From: an uncultured Alphaproteobacteria bacterium
GTDB lineage: Bacteria > Pseudomonadota > Alphaproteobacteria > Rs-D84
Assembly (NCBI GenBank): GCA_963540515.1
Contig: CAUTNA010000003.1
Location: 7,301 to 71,300 of the forward strand
Length of the DNA stretch: 64,000 bases
Reading direction: 5' to 3'
Each line of letters begins with the position of its first letter. Within the stretch, counting starts at the first letter, position 1. Shown in pieces: positions 41,501 to 50,848 of the stretch. The notes beneath the pieces are model-generated. The model was not told the origin of the DNA. It saw only the letters and a list, made by a program, of their open reading frames with translations, and ran no database searches. The position numbers and the translations under genes are program-made.

Positions 41501-41642
41501 GTTTAATAAATTCTTTTTCTAAATCGGATTCTGTTTGATAATTTGTTTCTTTAGTTCTTTCAGAGTTATATTCTGAAACAATTGTACTTTCTGGATTTTC
41601 TGAAATTAATTTATATTGTTTATCCATATCTGTTGGTTCCAT
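38517..41642 (-). CDS. hsdR: Type I restriction enzyme R subunit (1041 aa, EcoR124-like size class)
   Basis: Walker A HTTGSGKTLTSF, DEAD-box FIFDECHRSQFG. The N-terminal nuclease region and C-terminal helical domain are typical of HsdR. Abuts the hsdS stop. Confidence 0.95.
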   Translation of the reverse strand: MEPTDMDKQYKLISENPESTIVSEYNSERTKETNYQTESDLEKEFIKQLTSQAYEYLPIHTGEELITNLRHQIEKLNNYKFDDDGWNEFFKTHIKGQETGKDAIAEKTKTIQKDSTKTYKLKDGTTKNIKLLDKDNIHNNYLQVINQYVAEEGNHKNRYDVTILVNGLPLIHIELKRRGIDIKEAFNQINRYQKESFWSEYGLFQYIQIFVISNGTYTKYYSNTTRESHIKELNKTSNKKTSHSFEFTSWWADSKNKPITDLIDFTKTFFAKHTILNILTKYCVFTTDNILLVMRPYQIFAAEQILNKIKISINNKTYGTINAGGYVWHTTGSGKTLTSFKTAQLATEIPEIDKVLFVVDRKDLDCQTMKEYDNFEKGAANSNTSTAVLKGQLEDSNARIIITTIQKLTYFIKQNKDHPVYNKHIVFIFDECHRSQFGDQHSLIIKNFKKYNLFGFTGTPIFSENAYKSGTTILKTTEQIFGDKLHTYTIVDATNDKNVLPFKVYYHSTMKAEENIKDEKVQDINREKALMSPLRISKIVDYILTHFNQYTKRNTSSYEFNKLTNIKEISKSKKQKIEEIKEKIRMTGFNSIFAVSSIEAAKLYYTEFQKQMEQDINKKLKIALIYSYSPNTDDNSIDNFDDENPENTEALDKSSRDFLEEAIKDYNKLFNTTYDTSSDKFQNYYKDVSLRVKNRDIDLLIVVNMFLTGFDAPTLNTLWVDKNLKMQGLLQAYSRTNRILNSIKAFGNIVCFRNLEEETNKSIALFGNKDAKGIVLLKTFDEYYKYGYKDDKGLDVRSYLDLISELQNKYPVGQMINTEKDQKDFIKLYGNILKLRNILETFDDFKGQEILTQRDTQDYHSMYIELYESWRNKNKSNTENINDDLVFEIELIKQVEINIDYILMLVKKYQETDKKDKEIIINIEKSIDSSIELRSKKDLIINFINSLIPNSDIYEEWKNYINQQRKIDLDKIISEEKLKEKETYNFIENSFKNGFVQDVGTNFSEILPPISLFTKDNKRDKKTNKVLDRINLFFNKYKDII

Positions 41643-42764
41643 TTATATTTTATTAAAAGATAAAAGTTTATTACGATAGTATTTATATTGTTGTTGTCTT
41701 GCATTTATTTCAGCAGGAAGTCCAATAGAAATATCATTAACTAAAGACTCAAACTTATCTAATATATTTACTATTCTTTCTTGTTCGGAGAGTGGAGGTA
41801 CTGGTACTTTAAAATTAGAAAATTTTGAAATCCATTGTCTTGAATGTTCTAAAGTTGAATATTTTATAATTTTCATAATATAGTAAATATATTTAAAGCA
41901 AAAATCTTCATTTTTTGGTTTTAAAATTTTTATAGCAGATGACTTAACTTTAAAATTAAAATCAACCCAATGAAAAGATGTTGTAAAGTCATCAAATATA
42001 ATTACAGGATTATTTTTATCTGCTATAAAAATCCCATTTTTTTCTTTTGTATAACCTAATATAAAAGTTTTTCCTGCTGTTAATACAGGTACTCCTTCAT
42101 CTTTAAGATTATCTTTTTCAATTATAAACTTAGAAGGTTGTATATAATCTAATAATTCATCTAAAGAAATCCAAGGGACGATATTATCTTGTTCTGTACC
42201 AAAATCTAATAGTTTATCTCTGTAATAATGATATTGTTTTTTTCTTAATACCAGCTCCGCCTCCAGCTCCGCCTCCAGCTCCGTAAAAGTATCTAATATA
42301 TTAACTATCTCTTCCTGTATAGCAATAGGGGGTATAGGTATTTCGATCGTTTTTAAGTTTTGTTGATTTAGCTTTGGTGGTAATCCTCTTACAAGTGAAG
42401 AAATATCAACAGTTGATAGGTAATAATATAAATATCTTAATTTAATAATATTTTCTTTTTCTTTTAATACATGAGCATGATTATTTACCCATATTTTGCC
42501 AATAGACCAATTTAATACAGGTGTTTTATCATCGTTTATAACACTTCCATCTTCACCAATTAATAAATATGTACCATCAAATATATAATCATTAACATAA
42601 TCTTGTATACCATTTGCCCCATAATATGGGTATTGCCCTTTTATTCTCTTATCTTTTGAAACAGGTAATCTTTGATTATCTAATATGACGCATATATCAC
42701 CCAATTCCTTATACTCGACCCCATCACTACAATACTCTTTTATCAATTCTTCTATTTTACTCAT
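41643..42764 (-). CDS. hsdS: Type I R-M specificity subunit
   Basis: Two target-recognition halves, each followed by a conserved helix (...ELEAELEAELVLRKKQYHYYRDKLL and ...ARQQQYKYYRNKLLSF). 8-nt overlap with hsdM. Confidence 0.9.
   Translation of the reverse strand: MSKIEELIKEYCSDGVEYKELGDICVILDNQRLPVSKDKRIKGQYPYYGANGIQDYVNDYIFDGTYLLIGEDGSVINDDKTPVLNWSIGKIWVNNHAHVLKEKENIIKLRYLYYYLSTVDISSLVRGLPPKLNQQNLKTIEIPIPPIAIQEEIVNILDTFTELEAELEAELVLRKKQYHYYRDKLLDFGTEQDNIVPWISLDELLDYIQPSKFIIEKDNLKDEGVPVLTAGKTFILGYTKEKNGIFIADKNNPVIIFDDFTTSFHWVDFNFKVKSSAIKILKPKNEDFCFKYIYYIMKIIKYSTLEHSRQWISKFSNFKVPVPPLSEQERIVNILDKFESLVNDISIGLPAEINARQQQYKYYRNKLLSFNKI
42251..42283 (-). repeat. Tandem 12-nt repeat (2.75 copies) encoding (ELEA)n in the central conserved region of hsdS
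   Basis: The plus strand reads ccagctccgcct ccagctccgcct ccagctccg, conspicuously GC-rich in an AT-rich gene. Confidence 0.9.
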
Positions 42765-44355
42765 CTTGATTCTCTAAATCTGTAATTATTGCGTCTATTT
42801 TGTTTCTTAAATCATTTTGTTTTATTACAATTTTCTTTATATCTTCATTCAATACCTTAATATCAATTTTTTCTTTTTCGTCTTTTTGTTCTATATAACT
42901 GGAAACAGATAAATTATAGTCATTATTCTTAATATCTTCATTTGAAACCAGTTTTGTAAAATGCTCTGTATTTTCTCGCTTAATATATTCGTTTAAAATA
43001 TCTTCAATATTTTTATCTGATAGTTTATTTTTATTACCAGAATGTATGAATTCATTCGTTGAGTCAATAAATAATACTTTATTATCTTTCTTACTTTTTT
43101 TCAAAACTATAATACATGTCGCAATAGATGTCCCAAAAAATAAGTTTGCTGGTAATTGTATAACACAATCAACAAAGTTATTATCTATCAAATATTGTCT
43201 TATTTTTTGCTCTTTACCACTTCTATAAAGAACTCCTGGAAACTCAACTATTGCTGCTGTTCCATCTACTGCAAGCCAAGAAAGCATATGCATTGTAAAT
43301 GCAAGGTCTGCTTTACTCGAAGGCGCAAGGACTCCCGCAGGAGAAAATCTTTCATCATTTATAAGTAATGGATTTTTATCACCTTCCCAAGAAATAGAGT
43401 AAGGTGGATTTGATACTATTGCTTCAAAAGGTTCATCATCCCAGTGTTTTGGATTTATTAAAGTATCTCCCAATGCAATATCAAATTTTTCATAATTAAC
43501 ATTATGTAAAAACATATTTATACGGCATAGATTATAAGTAGTTATATTTATTTCTTGAGCATAAAAACCGTTCTTAACATTATTTTCCCCTAATATTTTG
43601 GCAAATTTTAATAATAAAGATCCAGAACCTGCGCAAGGATCATAAACTTTATTTACTTCTTTTTTAAAATTTCCTTCTTTAGTTGTATCAACCAATGTTA
43701 ATTTTGTAAGTAGTGTTGAAACTTCTTGAGGGGTAAAAAATTCACCACCGGATTTACCAGCATTTGATGCGTACATTGTCATTAAGTATTCGTATGCATC
43801 ACCAAATAAATCAATAGTATTATCTGTAAAATTACCAAGTTTTAAATCCCCGATTGCATTTAAAATTTTTACTAATTTTGCATTTCTTTCAGATATATTA
43901 GATCCTAATTTATTGCTGTTTACATCGATATCCGCAAATAATCCTTTAAAATCATCCTCACTTTGTGCACCTTGAGTTGAAAGTTCAATATTTCTGAAAA
44001 CCTGTGATAAAGTTTGATTTAAATCTTTGTTATTTTTTGCATTATTTCTTACATTACAAAATAATTCACTTGGTAAAATGAAAAAACCCTTTTCTCTAAT
44101 AAAAGATTGTTTTCCAAGTTCTGCTAGTTCATCGGTTTGTTTTGTGTAATCAAAATCAACTTTCCCAACATCGTATTGGTTCTTATTTGCATAAGATATA
44201 ATATTTTCGCTGATATACCTGTAAAACAAAAATCCTAAAACATAAGACTTAAAATCCCATCCATCAACAGAACCTCTTAAATCATTAGCAACTTGCCATA
44301 TAGTTCTGTGTAATTCTGATCTTTCTTGTTCCTTTATCATCTTAATTTTCTCCAT
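42757..44355 (-). CDS. hsdM: Type I R-M N6-adenine DNA methyltransferase subunit
   Basis: HsdM N-terminal LHRTIWQVANDLRG, AdoMet motif YDPCAGSGSLL, catalytic IVSNPPYS. Confidence 0.95.
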   Translation of the reverse strand: MEKIKMIKEQERSELHRTIWQVANDLRGSVDGWDFKSYVLGFLFYRYISENIISYANKNQYDVGKVDFDYTKQTDELAELGKQSFIREKGFFILPSELFCNVRNNAKNNKDLNQTLSQVFRNIELSTQGAQSEDDFKGLFADIDVNSNKLGSNISERNAKLVKILNAIGDLKLGNFTDNTIDLFGDAYEYLMTMYASNAGKSGGEFFTPQEVSTLLTKLTLVDTTKEGNFKKEVNKVYDPCAGSGSLLLKFAKILGENNVKNGFYAQEINITTYNLCRINMFLHNVNYEKFDIALGDTLINPKHWDDEPFEAIVSNPPYSISWEGDKNPLLINDERFSPAGVLAPSSKADLAFTMHMLSWLAVDGTAAIVEFPGVLYRSGKEQKIRQYLIDNNFVDCVIQLPANLFFGTSIATCIIVLKKSKKDNKVLFIDSTNEFIHSGNKNKLSDKNIEDILNEYIKRENTEHFTKLVSNEDIKNNDYNLSVSSYIEQKDEKEKIDIKVLNEDIKKIVIKQNDLRNKIDAIITDLENQDE

Positions 44356-44430
44356 AATAGATCTGATAATAGTTTTGATTTTTTTTACTTATTTTTCAAT
44401 ATAATTGTATTAAGTATCTGTTTATTAGTT

Positions 44431-44507
44431 TGGTGGAGCTGATGGGACTCGAACCCACGACCCTTTGCATGCCATGCAAATGCTCTAGCCAACTGAGCTA
44501 CAACCCC
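44431..44507 (-). tRNA. tRNA-Ala (anticodon GGC), CCA encoded
   Basis: Reverse complement GGGGTTGTAGCTCAGTTGGCTAGAGCATTTGCATGGCATGCAAAGGGTCGTGGGTTCGAGTCCCATCAGCTCCACCA. G3:U70 pair present; anticodon loop ATGGCAT. Confidence 0.93.
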
Positions 44508-44589
44508 TTAAGTTCAATAGTATATTTCTGCTTGAAAAATGTCAATTTAATTTGCTAATCTTACAAAGTGGTTAAATGGGAGATTTTAA

Positions 44590-45150
44590 GTGGATTATTC
44601 ATCTTTAAAATTAGAAGCGAATACTAAGACAGAACAAACAATTGAAGTTCTTCGCAATGAATATGCTGGACTTCGTACAGGACGTGCATCTGTTCATCTT
44701 TTAGACGGTATAAAAGTTCAAATATATGGAACTGAAATGCCAATATCTCAAGTTGCAACCGTTTCCGCGCCAGAGTCTCAATTATTATCAATTTCTGTTT
44801 GGGATGTATCAAATGCCTCTGAAATAGAAAAAGCTATTCGTGAATCTGGACTTGGTTTAAATCCTATGACTGCAGGAGGCGTTATCAGATTAAATTTACC
44901 ACCGCTTACAGAAGAAAGAAGAAAAGAGCTTGTAAAGGTTTCTGGTAAATATGCGGAGGAAGCAAAAATATCTATGCGTAATATCAGACAAGATTTAATG
45001 GCAAAGATTAAAAAAGCAGAAAATGATAAAGAAATATCTGAAGATGATGCTCGTAAATATGAAGCAGATCTACAGAAAGTTTTTGAAGCAAAAACTCTCG
45101 AGGTAGATCAAATAGCAAAGCAAAAAGAAATTGATATAATGGCTGTTTAA
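44590..45150 (+). CDS. frr: Ribosome recycling factor
   Basis: GTG start; LRNEYAGLRTGRASVHLLDGIKV..YG...PISQVATVS, IRLNLPPLTEERRKELVK. Confidence 0.95.
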   Translation: MDYSSLKLEANTKTEQTIEVLRNEYAGLRTGRASVHLLDGIKVQIYGTEMPISQVATVSAPESQLLSISVWDVSNASEIEKAIRESGLGLNPMTAGGVIRLNLPPLTEERRKELVKVSGKYAEEAKISMRNIRQDLMAKIKKAENDKEISEDDARKYEADLQKVFEAKTLEVDQIAKQKEIDIMAV

Positions 45151-45171
45151 TTTTTATTAAAAGGCAAAAAA

Positions 45172-45924
45172 ATGTTTAATTTTTTTAAGAAAGATAAACC
45201 TTTAACTAAAATTCCAAAACATATTGCTTTTATTTGTGATGGTAATCGCAGATGGGCAGAATCACGTGGTATGCCACCACTGTTTGGACATAAAGCAGGA
45301 ATATCAAATTTTGAAAATTTAACAAAATGGTTTTTAAATAAAGGTGTTGAGACTATTACATTTTTTATATTTTCAACAGAAAATTGGTCAAGAACAAAAG
45401 AAGAAGTCGATTTTTTAATGAACCTTTTTTATACCGAAATGAAGAATAATTTAAAGCATGCGATAAAAAATAATATTCGTTATAGAGTTATTGGATCACG
45501 TGATAGACTTCCTAAAAAATTAGCAGATATTTGTGATGAGTTAGAGGAAAAAACTTCTGAAAATGTCTCGGGTACTGTTGTTTTTGCTCTTAATTATGGT
45601 GGACAGGATGAAATTTTAAATGCTGTAAATGAAGCAATTAAAAATGGTCAAGTTTTAAATAAAGAAGAATTTGAAACATTTTTAGATACATCAGATTTAT
45701 TACCTATTGATTTACTTGTTAGAACAAGTAATGAAAACAGAATTTCAAATTTTATGCTCTGGAAGCTTGCTTATGCAGAATTGTTGTTTATTAAGCCTCA
45801 TTGGCCAGAATTTGTAAAAAGTGAAAAATTGTGGAGTTTTGTTTTAGAGGAATATTCAAAAAGAAATAGACGCTTTGGTGGTGGTAAAAAACTTAATTAT
45901 TCTGGTAAAAAAACTAAGAAGTAA
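45172..45924 (+). CDS. uppS: Undecaprenyl diphosphate synthase
   Basis: PKHIAFICDGNRRWA, FSTENWSR, RTSNENRISNFMLW. Confidence 0.95.
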   Translation: MFNFFKKDKPLTKIPKHIAFICDGNRRWAESRGMPPLFGHKAGISNFENLTKWFLNKGVETITFFIFSTENWSRTKEEVDFLMNLFYTEMKNNLKHAIKNNIRYRVIGSRDRLPKKLADICDELEEKTSENVSGTVVFALNYGGQDEILNAVNEAIKNGQVLNKEEFETFLDTSDLLPIDLLVRTSNENRISNFMLWKLAYAELLFIKPHWPEFVKSEKLWSFVLEEYSKRNRRFGGGKKLNYSGKKTKK

Positions 45925-45928
45925 TAAA

Positions 45929-46576
45929 ATGATGAATATAACAAAAAGAATATTAGTATCGATTTTCTTATTTTCAGCAGTTGTTGGTATATTTTTCTTA
46001 GAAAAATCTGGTATTCATATTACAAAGTTTATAACTTTTGGTATATCTCTTGGTATGATTTTGGAGTTTATTTATTCACTTACTAGACTTGATAAAAAAG
46101 TTTTTAACAATTCTAATATAGTTTTATGCTTTGTCTTTATTTTGTTGCTTATAATTTTATCAATGTGTGCATATAAAATAGGGACAAGACCTTGGATTGT
46201 TTTAATGATGTTAATTATAATAAGTTCTGCAGATATGGCTGGATATATTTTTGGAAGTCTTTTTAAAGGTTCAAAAATGTGGGAAAGTTTGTCTCCAAAT
46301 AAAACTTGGTCAGGACAAATTTTTGGTATTATTTTTGGAACTATTTCTATAGTGTTATTTGGTTTTATAGTATCAAAGACTTTTATGCCTCAGATGCTTT
46401 GGATTGGAATAGGGGTATCTTTACTTTCTCAATATGGTGATTTAACTGCCAGTTTTATTAAAAGAAAATTGGGAATAAAAGATTTTGGTAATATTTTGCC
46501 AGGACATGGTGGACTTTTGGATAGGTTTGATGGTTGGATATATGTTCTTCCTATAATCTATTTTGTAATGTTATAA
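45929..46576 (+). CDS. cdsA: Phosphatidate cytidylyltransferase
   Basis: Multi-TM; C-terminal signature SFIKRKLGIKDFGNILPGHGGLLDRFDG. Start taken at ATG 45929 (the track ORF 45875 overlaps uppS). Confidence 0.9.
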   Translation: MMNITKRILVSIFLFSAVVGIFFLEKSGIHITKFITFGISLGMILEFIYSLTRLDKKVFNNSNIVLCFVFILLLIILSMCAYKIGTRPWIVLMMLIIISSADMAGYIFGSLFKGSKMWESLSPNKTWSGQIFGIIFGTISIVLFGFIVSKTFMPQMLWIGIGVSLLSQYGDLTASFIKRKLGIKDFGNILPGHGGLLDRFDGWIYVLPIIYFVML

Positions 46577-46587
46577 AGGGTTTTATT

Positions 46588-47649
46588 ATGAGTATTATTT
46601 ATATGGTTTTAGCGCTTTTAATTGTTATGGGCGTTGTTGTATTTATTCATGAACTTGGTCATTTTTTAGCAGCCAGACTTTCAAAGGTTAAAGTTAATAC
46701 TTTTTCTATTGGTTTTGGTCCTGCTCTCTTAAAATGGCATGATAAGAAAGGCACTTGTTGGCAAATCTCTCTTCTTCCTTTTGGTGGTTATGTTTCTGTT
46801 TATGGTCAAGAAGATATGTTTAATAGAAAAAAGTATCAAGAGCTTTCAAATGAAGAAAAAAAAGGTCATTATTTATCTGCTCCTGCTTGGAAACAGTTTA
46901 TAATAGTCTTGGCTGGTGTTTTTATGAATTTTGTTTTAGCTTGGTTTATATATTCATCACTATTTGCATTTAAGCCAAAACAAATACAACTTCCTGTTGT
47001 TGGACAAGTTATTCAAGAAAGTTCAGCTTTTAAAGCAGGTATAAAACCAGGAGATACTATTCTTACAATTGATAATAAAAAAATAACTCATTGGGGAGAT
47101 ATAATAATTGCAAAAGAACTTGCCTCAAATAGGGATGCTAAAATAGCATTGGTTCGTAATTCAGAACTTGTTCAAGTAAGTGTTTCTCCCGCAGAAAAAT
47201 GGGGATTGATTGCAGACGGTAGTAAAGTTGAATTTCATAAAAAAGGTTTTTTGGGTGCGTTATATTCAGGTGCAAGAGAAACTTACAGACAATCAAAAAC
47301 ACTAATTACAGTATTAAAGCAAATAATTACAGGAGAAAGATCAACTAAACAACTTGGATCTTTTATTAGTATAGCTCAAGTTTCAGCAAAGGCTATGGAA
47401 ACTGGTTTGGTTGCACTTCTTTCAATAATTGCTCTTATATCTGTAAACTTAGCGGTTGTAAATTTACTTCCAATACCTGCGGTTGATGGAGGGTATTTGA
47501 TGGTTTTGTTAATTGAAGCTATCATTCGCAGAAAGTTAGGTGGTAGAGGAATGGAATTTACTATTCTTATTGGTTGGTTTTTTATAATATCTCTTATGTG
47601 TCTTACTATGTGGAATGATATAAGTCGTATATTTGGAATATCTTTATAA
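46588..47649 (+). CDS. rseP: RIP zinc metalloprotease RseP
   Basis: HELGH in the first TM (VFIHELGHFLAARL), a PDZ region, and C-terminal NLLPIPAVDGG. Confidence 0.9.
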   Translation: MSIIYMVLALLIVMGVVVFIHELGHFLAARLSKVKVNTFSIGFGPALLKWHDKKGTCWQISLLPFGGYVSVYGQEDMFNRKKYQELSNEEKKGHYLSAPAWKQFIIVLAGVFMNFVLAWFIYSSLFAFKPKQIQLPVVGQVIQESSAFKAGIKPGDTILTIDNKKITHWGDIIIAKELASNRDAKIALVRNSELVQVSVSPAEKWGLIADGSKVEFHKKGFLGALYSGARETYRQSKTLITVLKQIITGERSTKQLGSFISIAQVSAKAMETGLVALLSIIALISVNLAVVNLLPIPAVDGGYLMVLLIEAIIRRKLGGRGMEFTILIGWFFIISLMCLTMWNDISRIFGISL

Positions 47650-47653
47650 GTTT

Positions 47654-49903
47654 ATGAAAAAAATACTATTATTAGTTTTTTTATTAACATCAAATAGTAG
47701 TTTTGCTGCTGTTATAAATTCTATCAAAGTATACGGCAATTTGCGTATGGATAAAGAATCTATAGCAATACTTGCTGATGTAAAAAACGGTGATAATATA
47801 AATTCATATGAGTTAAATAATATAGTAAAAAAACTTCAAGAATCAGGATATTTCTTAAATGTTTCTGCAGATATTAATGGAAATACTTTAAATATATCTG
47901 TATCCGAGGCACCAATTGTAAGTAAAGTTACAATTGAAGGAAATGATGAAATATCAAGAGATGATTTAAAAAAAGAAATTCAGTTAAAAGATTTATCAGT
48001 TTATAGTGAATCTGTTATTGGTATGGATATTAAAAGGATGCTTACTTTATACCAAAGGAAAGGATTTTTTGGAACAAAAATTGAACCACAAAAAATAACT
48101 TTAGATGATAATAGAGTAAATATTGTTTATTCAATAAAAGAAGGACACCCAACATATATTGAATATATAAATTTTGAAGGAAATAAAAAATTCTCTTCAT
48201 CTAGTTTAAGAGGTGCAATACTATCCAGACAACATAGATGGTGGAGAATATTTTCTTCTTTTGATGTTTTTGATGAAGATAGAATAAAATATGATCAAAG
48301 TTTACTTGGACAATTTTATCTAAGACATGGTTATGCTGATTTTACTATTAAAGAAGCAAAGGGAGAATTTACAGAAAACAGAGAATATTATTCTGTAAAA
48401 TTTACAGTTGATGAAGGTAATAAATATTATTTTGGAAAAATATCAATTAAAAATCCTTTTGATGATGTAAAAGATGAAGATATTTTAAAAGTTATAAAAA
48501 CAAAAGAAGGAAATACTTATAATACAGATAAAATTGAAACAACTATATCTAATATTCGCCTTATTATATCTGATAATGGATATTCTTTTATTAATGTTGA
48601 ACCAAAAATAAAGAAAAATTCAGAAAATAGAACAATTGATATTGAATATGATATTGAAAAAACAAAAAGAATGTATTTATCAAGTATTGATATAAAAGGT
48701 AATGTAAGAACTTTTGACAGCGTTATAAAACATATGTTACCTATGAGAGAATCTGATCCATTTTCACTTCAGACTATTGAAAATGGACGCCAAAGACTTA
48801 TGCGTAGTAGATTCTTTAAAGATGTCCAGATGGTACCTCTTCGTATAGAAAATGAAGATTTAATTAATTTAGAGTTGAGAGTTTCTGAACAACCAACAGG
48901 AGAATTGAGCGGTGGAGTTGGTTGGTCTAATATTAACGGTTTTATGATAGATGCAGGAATTACTGAAAATAACTTTATGGGACGTGGTCAAATAGTTCAA
49001 CTTAAAGCCTCTATTGCAGAGTATCAGAAAAATGTAGGTTTTAGTTTTACAGAGCCATATTTGTTTGACAGAGACTTATCTGGTGGATTTGATGTTTCAT
49101 ATACTCGTTATGATTATGGAACTTTTAAAGGGCTTTCTTATGATAAAGATGCTTTAAATATTTCTGGTAGACTTGGATGGCTTCTTACAGATAATTGGAG
49201 TCAAACACTTAGATTAAGTGCAACTTTTGACAAAAATTTTGATCGTGATTCATATGGAAAAAATGAGAGTTTGTATACTTTGAGTACTAATTTTAGATAT
49301 TATAATTTAGATACTAACTTTGCACAAAATACTCATACTGGTATTACCAGTAATATTTTCTTTAGTTATACTGGATTTGGTGGAACTCAGAATTTCCTAA
49401 AATTTGGTAGTGATATAACAGGACTTGTTAATTTTTTTGATGATAGATGGCAATTAAAATCAAGTCTAGATTTTGGATATATGCAAGAAATTGGAAGATA
49501 TATACCAAGAGTTTATAGATTCTTTTTAGGTGGAGAGACCTTGCGCGGTTTTGATGTTGCGGGAGTAGGTAGTAGAAATCCTTATTATAATGTAAATCTT
49601 GGAGGATTATGGAAGTTAAATGGGACAACACAACTTAATTTTCCAATATTTATACCTGATGAATATCAAGTAAAGGGATTTATTTTTACAGATTATGGAA
49701 TTTTAGGCAGACCACCTAAGAAAGATTATAAATTTGGATCATCTCCTAATTTTATAGATCAAGATTTAAGAACATCTGTTGGTTTTGGAATATTTTGGAA
49801 TACACCTATGGGACCTATGAATTTCTCTTGGGGTTGGCCAATTCGTATAAATCCATACGATATTGAAAGAAAGTTTTTATTGTCATTTGCTACACAGTTT
49901 TAA
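47654..49903 (+). CDS. bamA: Outer membrane protein assembly factor BamA
   Basis: Signal peptide MKKILLLVFLLTSNSSFA, POTRA repeats (I..I.V.GN), C-terminal barrel ending LLSFATQF. Conserved position after rseP. Confidence 0.93.
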   Translation: MKKILLLVFLLTSNSSFAAVINSIKVYGNLRMDKESIAILADVKNGDNINSYELNNIVKKLQESGYFLNVSADINGNTLNISVSEAPIVSKVTIEGNDEISRDDLKKEIQLKDLSVYSESVIGMDIKRMLTLYQRKGFFGTKIEPQKITLDDNRVNIVYSIKEGHPTYIEYINFEGNKKFSSSSLRGAILSRQHRWWRIFSSFDVFDEDRIKYDQSLLGQFYLRHGYADFTIKEAKGEFTENREYYSVKFTVDEGNKYYFGKISIKNPFDDVKDEDILKVIKTKEGNTYNTDKIETTISNIRLIISDNGYSFINVEPKIKKNSENRTIDIEYDIEKTKRMYLSSIDIKGNVRTFDSVIKHMLPMRESDPFSLQTIENGRQRLMRSRFFKDVQMVPLRIENEDLINLELRVSEQPTGELSGGVGWSNINGFMIDAGITENNFMGRGQIVQLKASIAEYQKNVGFSFTEPYLFDRDLSGGFDVSYTRYDYGTFKGLSYDKDALNISGRLGWLLTDNWSQTLRLSATFDKNFDRDSYGKNESLYTLSTNFRYYNLDTNFAQNTHTGITSNIFFSYTGFGGTQNFLKFGSDITGLVNFFDDRWQLKSSLDFGYMQEIGRYIPRVYRFFLGGETLRGFDVAGVGSRNPYYNVNLGGLWKLNGTTQLNFPIFIPDEYQVKGFIFTDYGILGRPPKKDYKFGSSPNFIDQDLRTSVGFGIFWNTPMGPMNFSWGWPIRINPYDIERKFLLSFATQF

Positions 49904-50021
49904 AATATTTAGTTTATTGATTAAAAATTTAATTAGTTCAATTATAAAATTTTAATTTTATAATTGATAAGTAGTATACTAATGTTTTATTATCATTCTT
50001 ATAAGAATATAAAGGGCAGAG

Positions 50022-50168
50022 ATGAAAAAAATATTATTTATATTTTCTGTTATTTTAACTCTTGCAGGTTGTGGTCAAGTTTATGATAAAGAACCTGTTG
50101 GTGTTGGTTATGATAATGATGAATTGAAATTAAGTCCATGTGCATGTATTAAGGTTTATAAGGCTTAG
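50022..50168 (+). CDS. Small lipoprotein (48 aa)
   Basis: Own translation: MKKILFIFSVILTLAGCGQVYDKEPVGVGYDNDELKLSPCACIKVYKA. Lipobox LTLAGC. Stops 5 nt before the next gene. Confidence 0.55.
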   Translation: MKKILFIFSVILTLAGCGQVYDKEPVGVGYDNDELKLSPCACIKVYKA

Positions 50169-50173
50169 ATATT

Positions 50174-50848
50174 GTGGAATACCCAGATAATTTTGATACT
50201 ATAGCTTTCCCATTTGGAAAAGATCTTGCTTTGATGAGAACAATAGCTATTTGGGTTTCTATGCTTTTTATTATAATAGCTTTTTTATCTTTTTTAATAG
50301 TATGGATATCAAAATCAGATAAATTAAAAGCGTATGTATTGTCAACAGACAGAGATACACAAAGAATAGTACTTGTTTCAAATAAAAAAGAAATACAAGA
50401 TAATTTACCAGAAAGAGTGCTTCAAGAATCGTTAATTGTAGGATTTTTAAATAATTGGTTTAATGTTTCTTCTAAAGATTCAGAAAATACACTTTGGAAA
50501 AAGTGTAATAGAGAAGAATGTACTTCTGAAGATCTATCTAATACTTGTGCAATTTATTGTAATAGTTCTGAGGAATTATATTCAAAATTCCTTTATAATA
50601 CTGTACCTATATATAATCATATTCTTGAAAATGGTGATAAATGGAATCTTATTAAAGATAGTCTTGAGATTAAACTATTAGGTAACATAACAAATTTTTA
50701 TGGTTTTTGGAGTGTTAAAGGAATTGTTAAAACAACATCTAGAAAAATAAATTTTGTTGGTTTTATAACAGTTTTAAAAAATGTTAATTTATATCCTAAA
50801 AATTTAGGGTTTTATATACAAAGTTTTAGTTCGTATGGGTTAAATTAG
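50174..50848 (+). CDS. Bitopic membrane protein, VirB8/DotI-like architecture (paralog 1)
   Basis: Short cytoplasmic N-terminus, one TM (IAIWVSMLFIIIAFLSFLIVWI), periplasmic domain of ~170 aa. KAYVLSTDRDTQRIV and C-terminal NLGFYIQSF resemble VirB8 blocks. The function is inferred only. Confidence 0.5.
   Translation: MEYPDNFDTIAFPFGKDLALMRTIAIWVSMLFIIIAFLSFLIVWISKSDKLKAYVLSTDRDTQRIVLVSNKKEIQDNLPERVLQESLIVGFLNNWFNVSSKDSENTLWKKCNREECTSEDLSNTCAIYCNSSEELYSKFLYNTVPIYNHILENGDKWNLIKDSLEIKLLGNITNFYGFWSVKGIVKTTSRKINFVGFITVLKNVNLYPKNLGFYIQSFSSYGLN

Noticed and set aside
34323-44507. Calling the R-M/rfb block a genomic island or mobile element
   Set aside because: I found no integrase, transposase, conjugation gene or tRNA-derived direct repeat by eye, and composition looks like the flanks. 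I kept it as a hypothesis under findings only.
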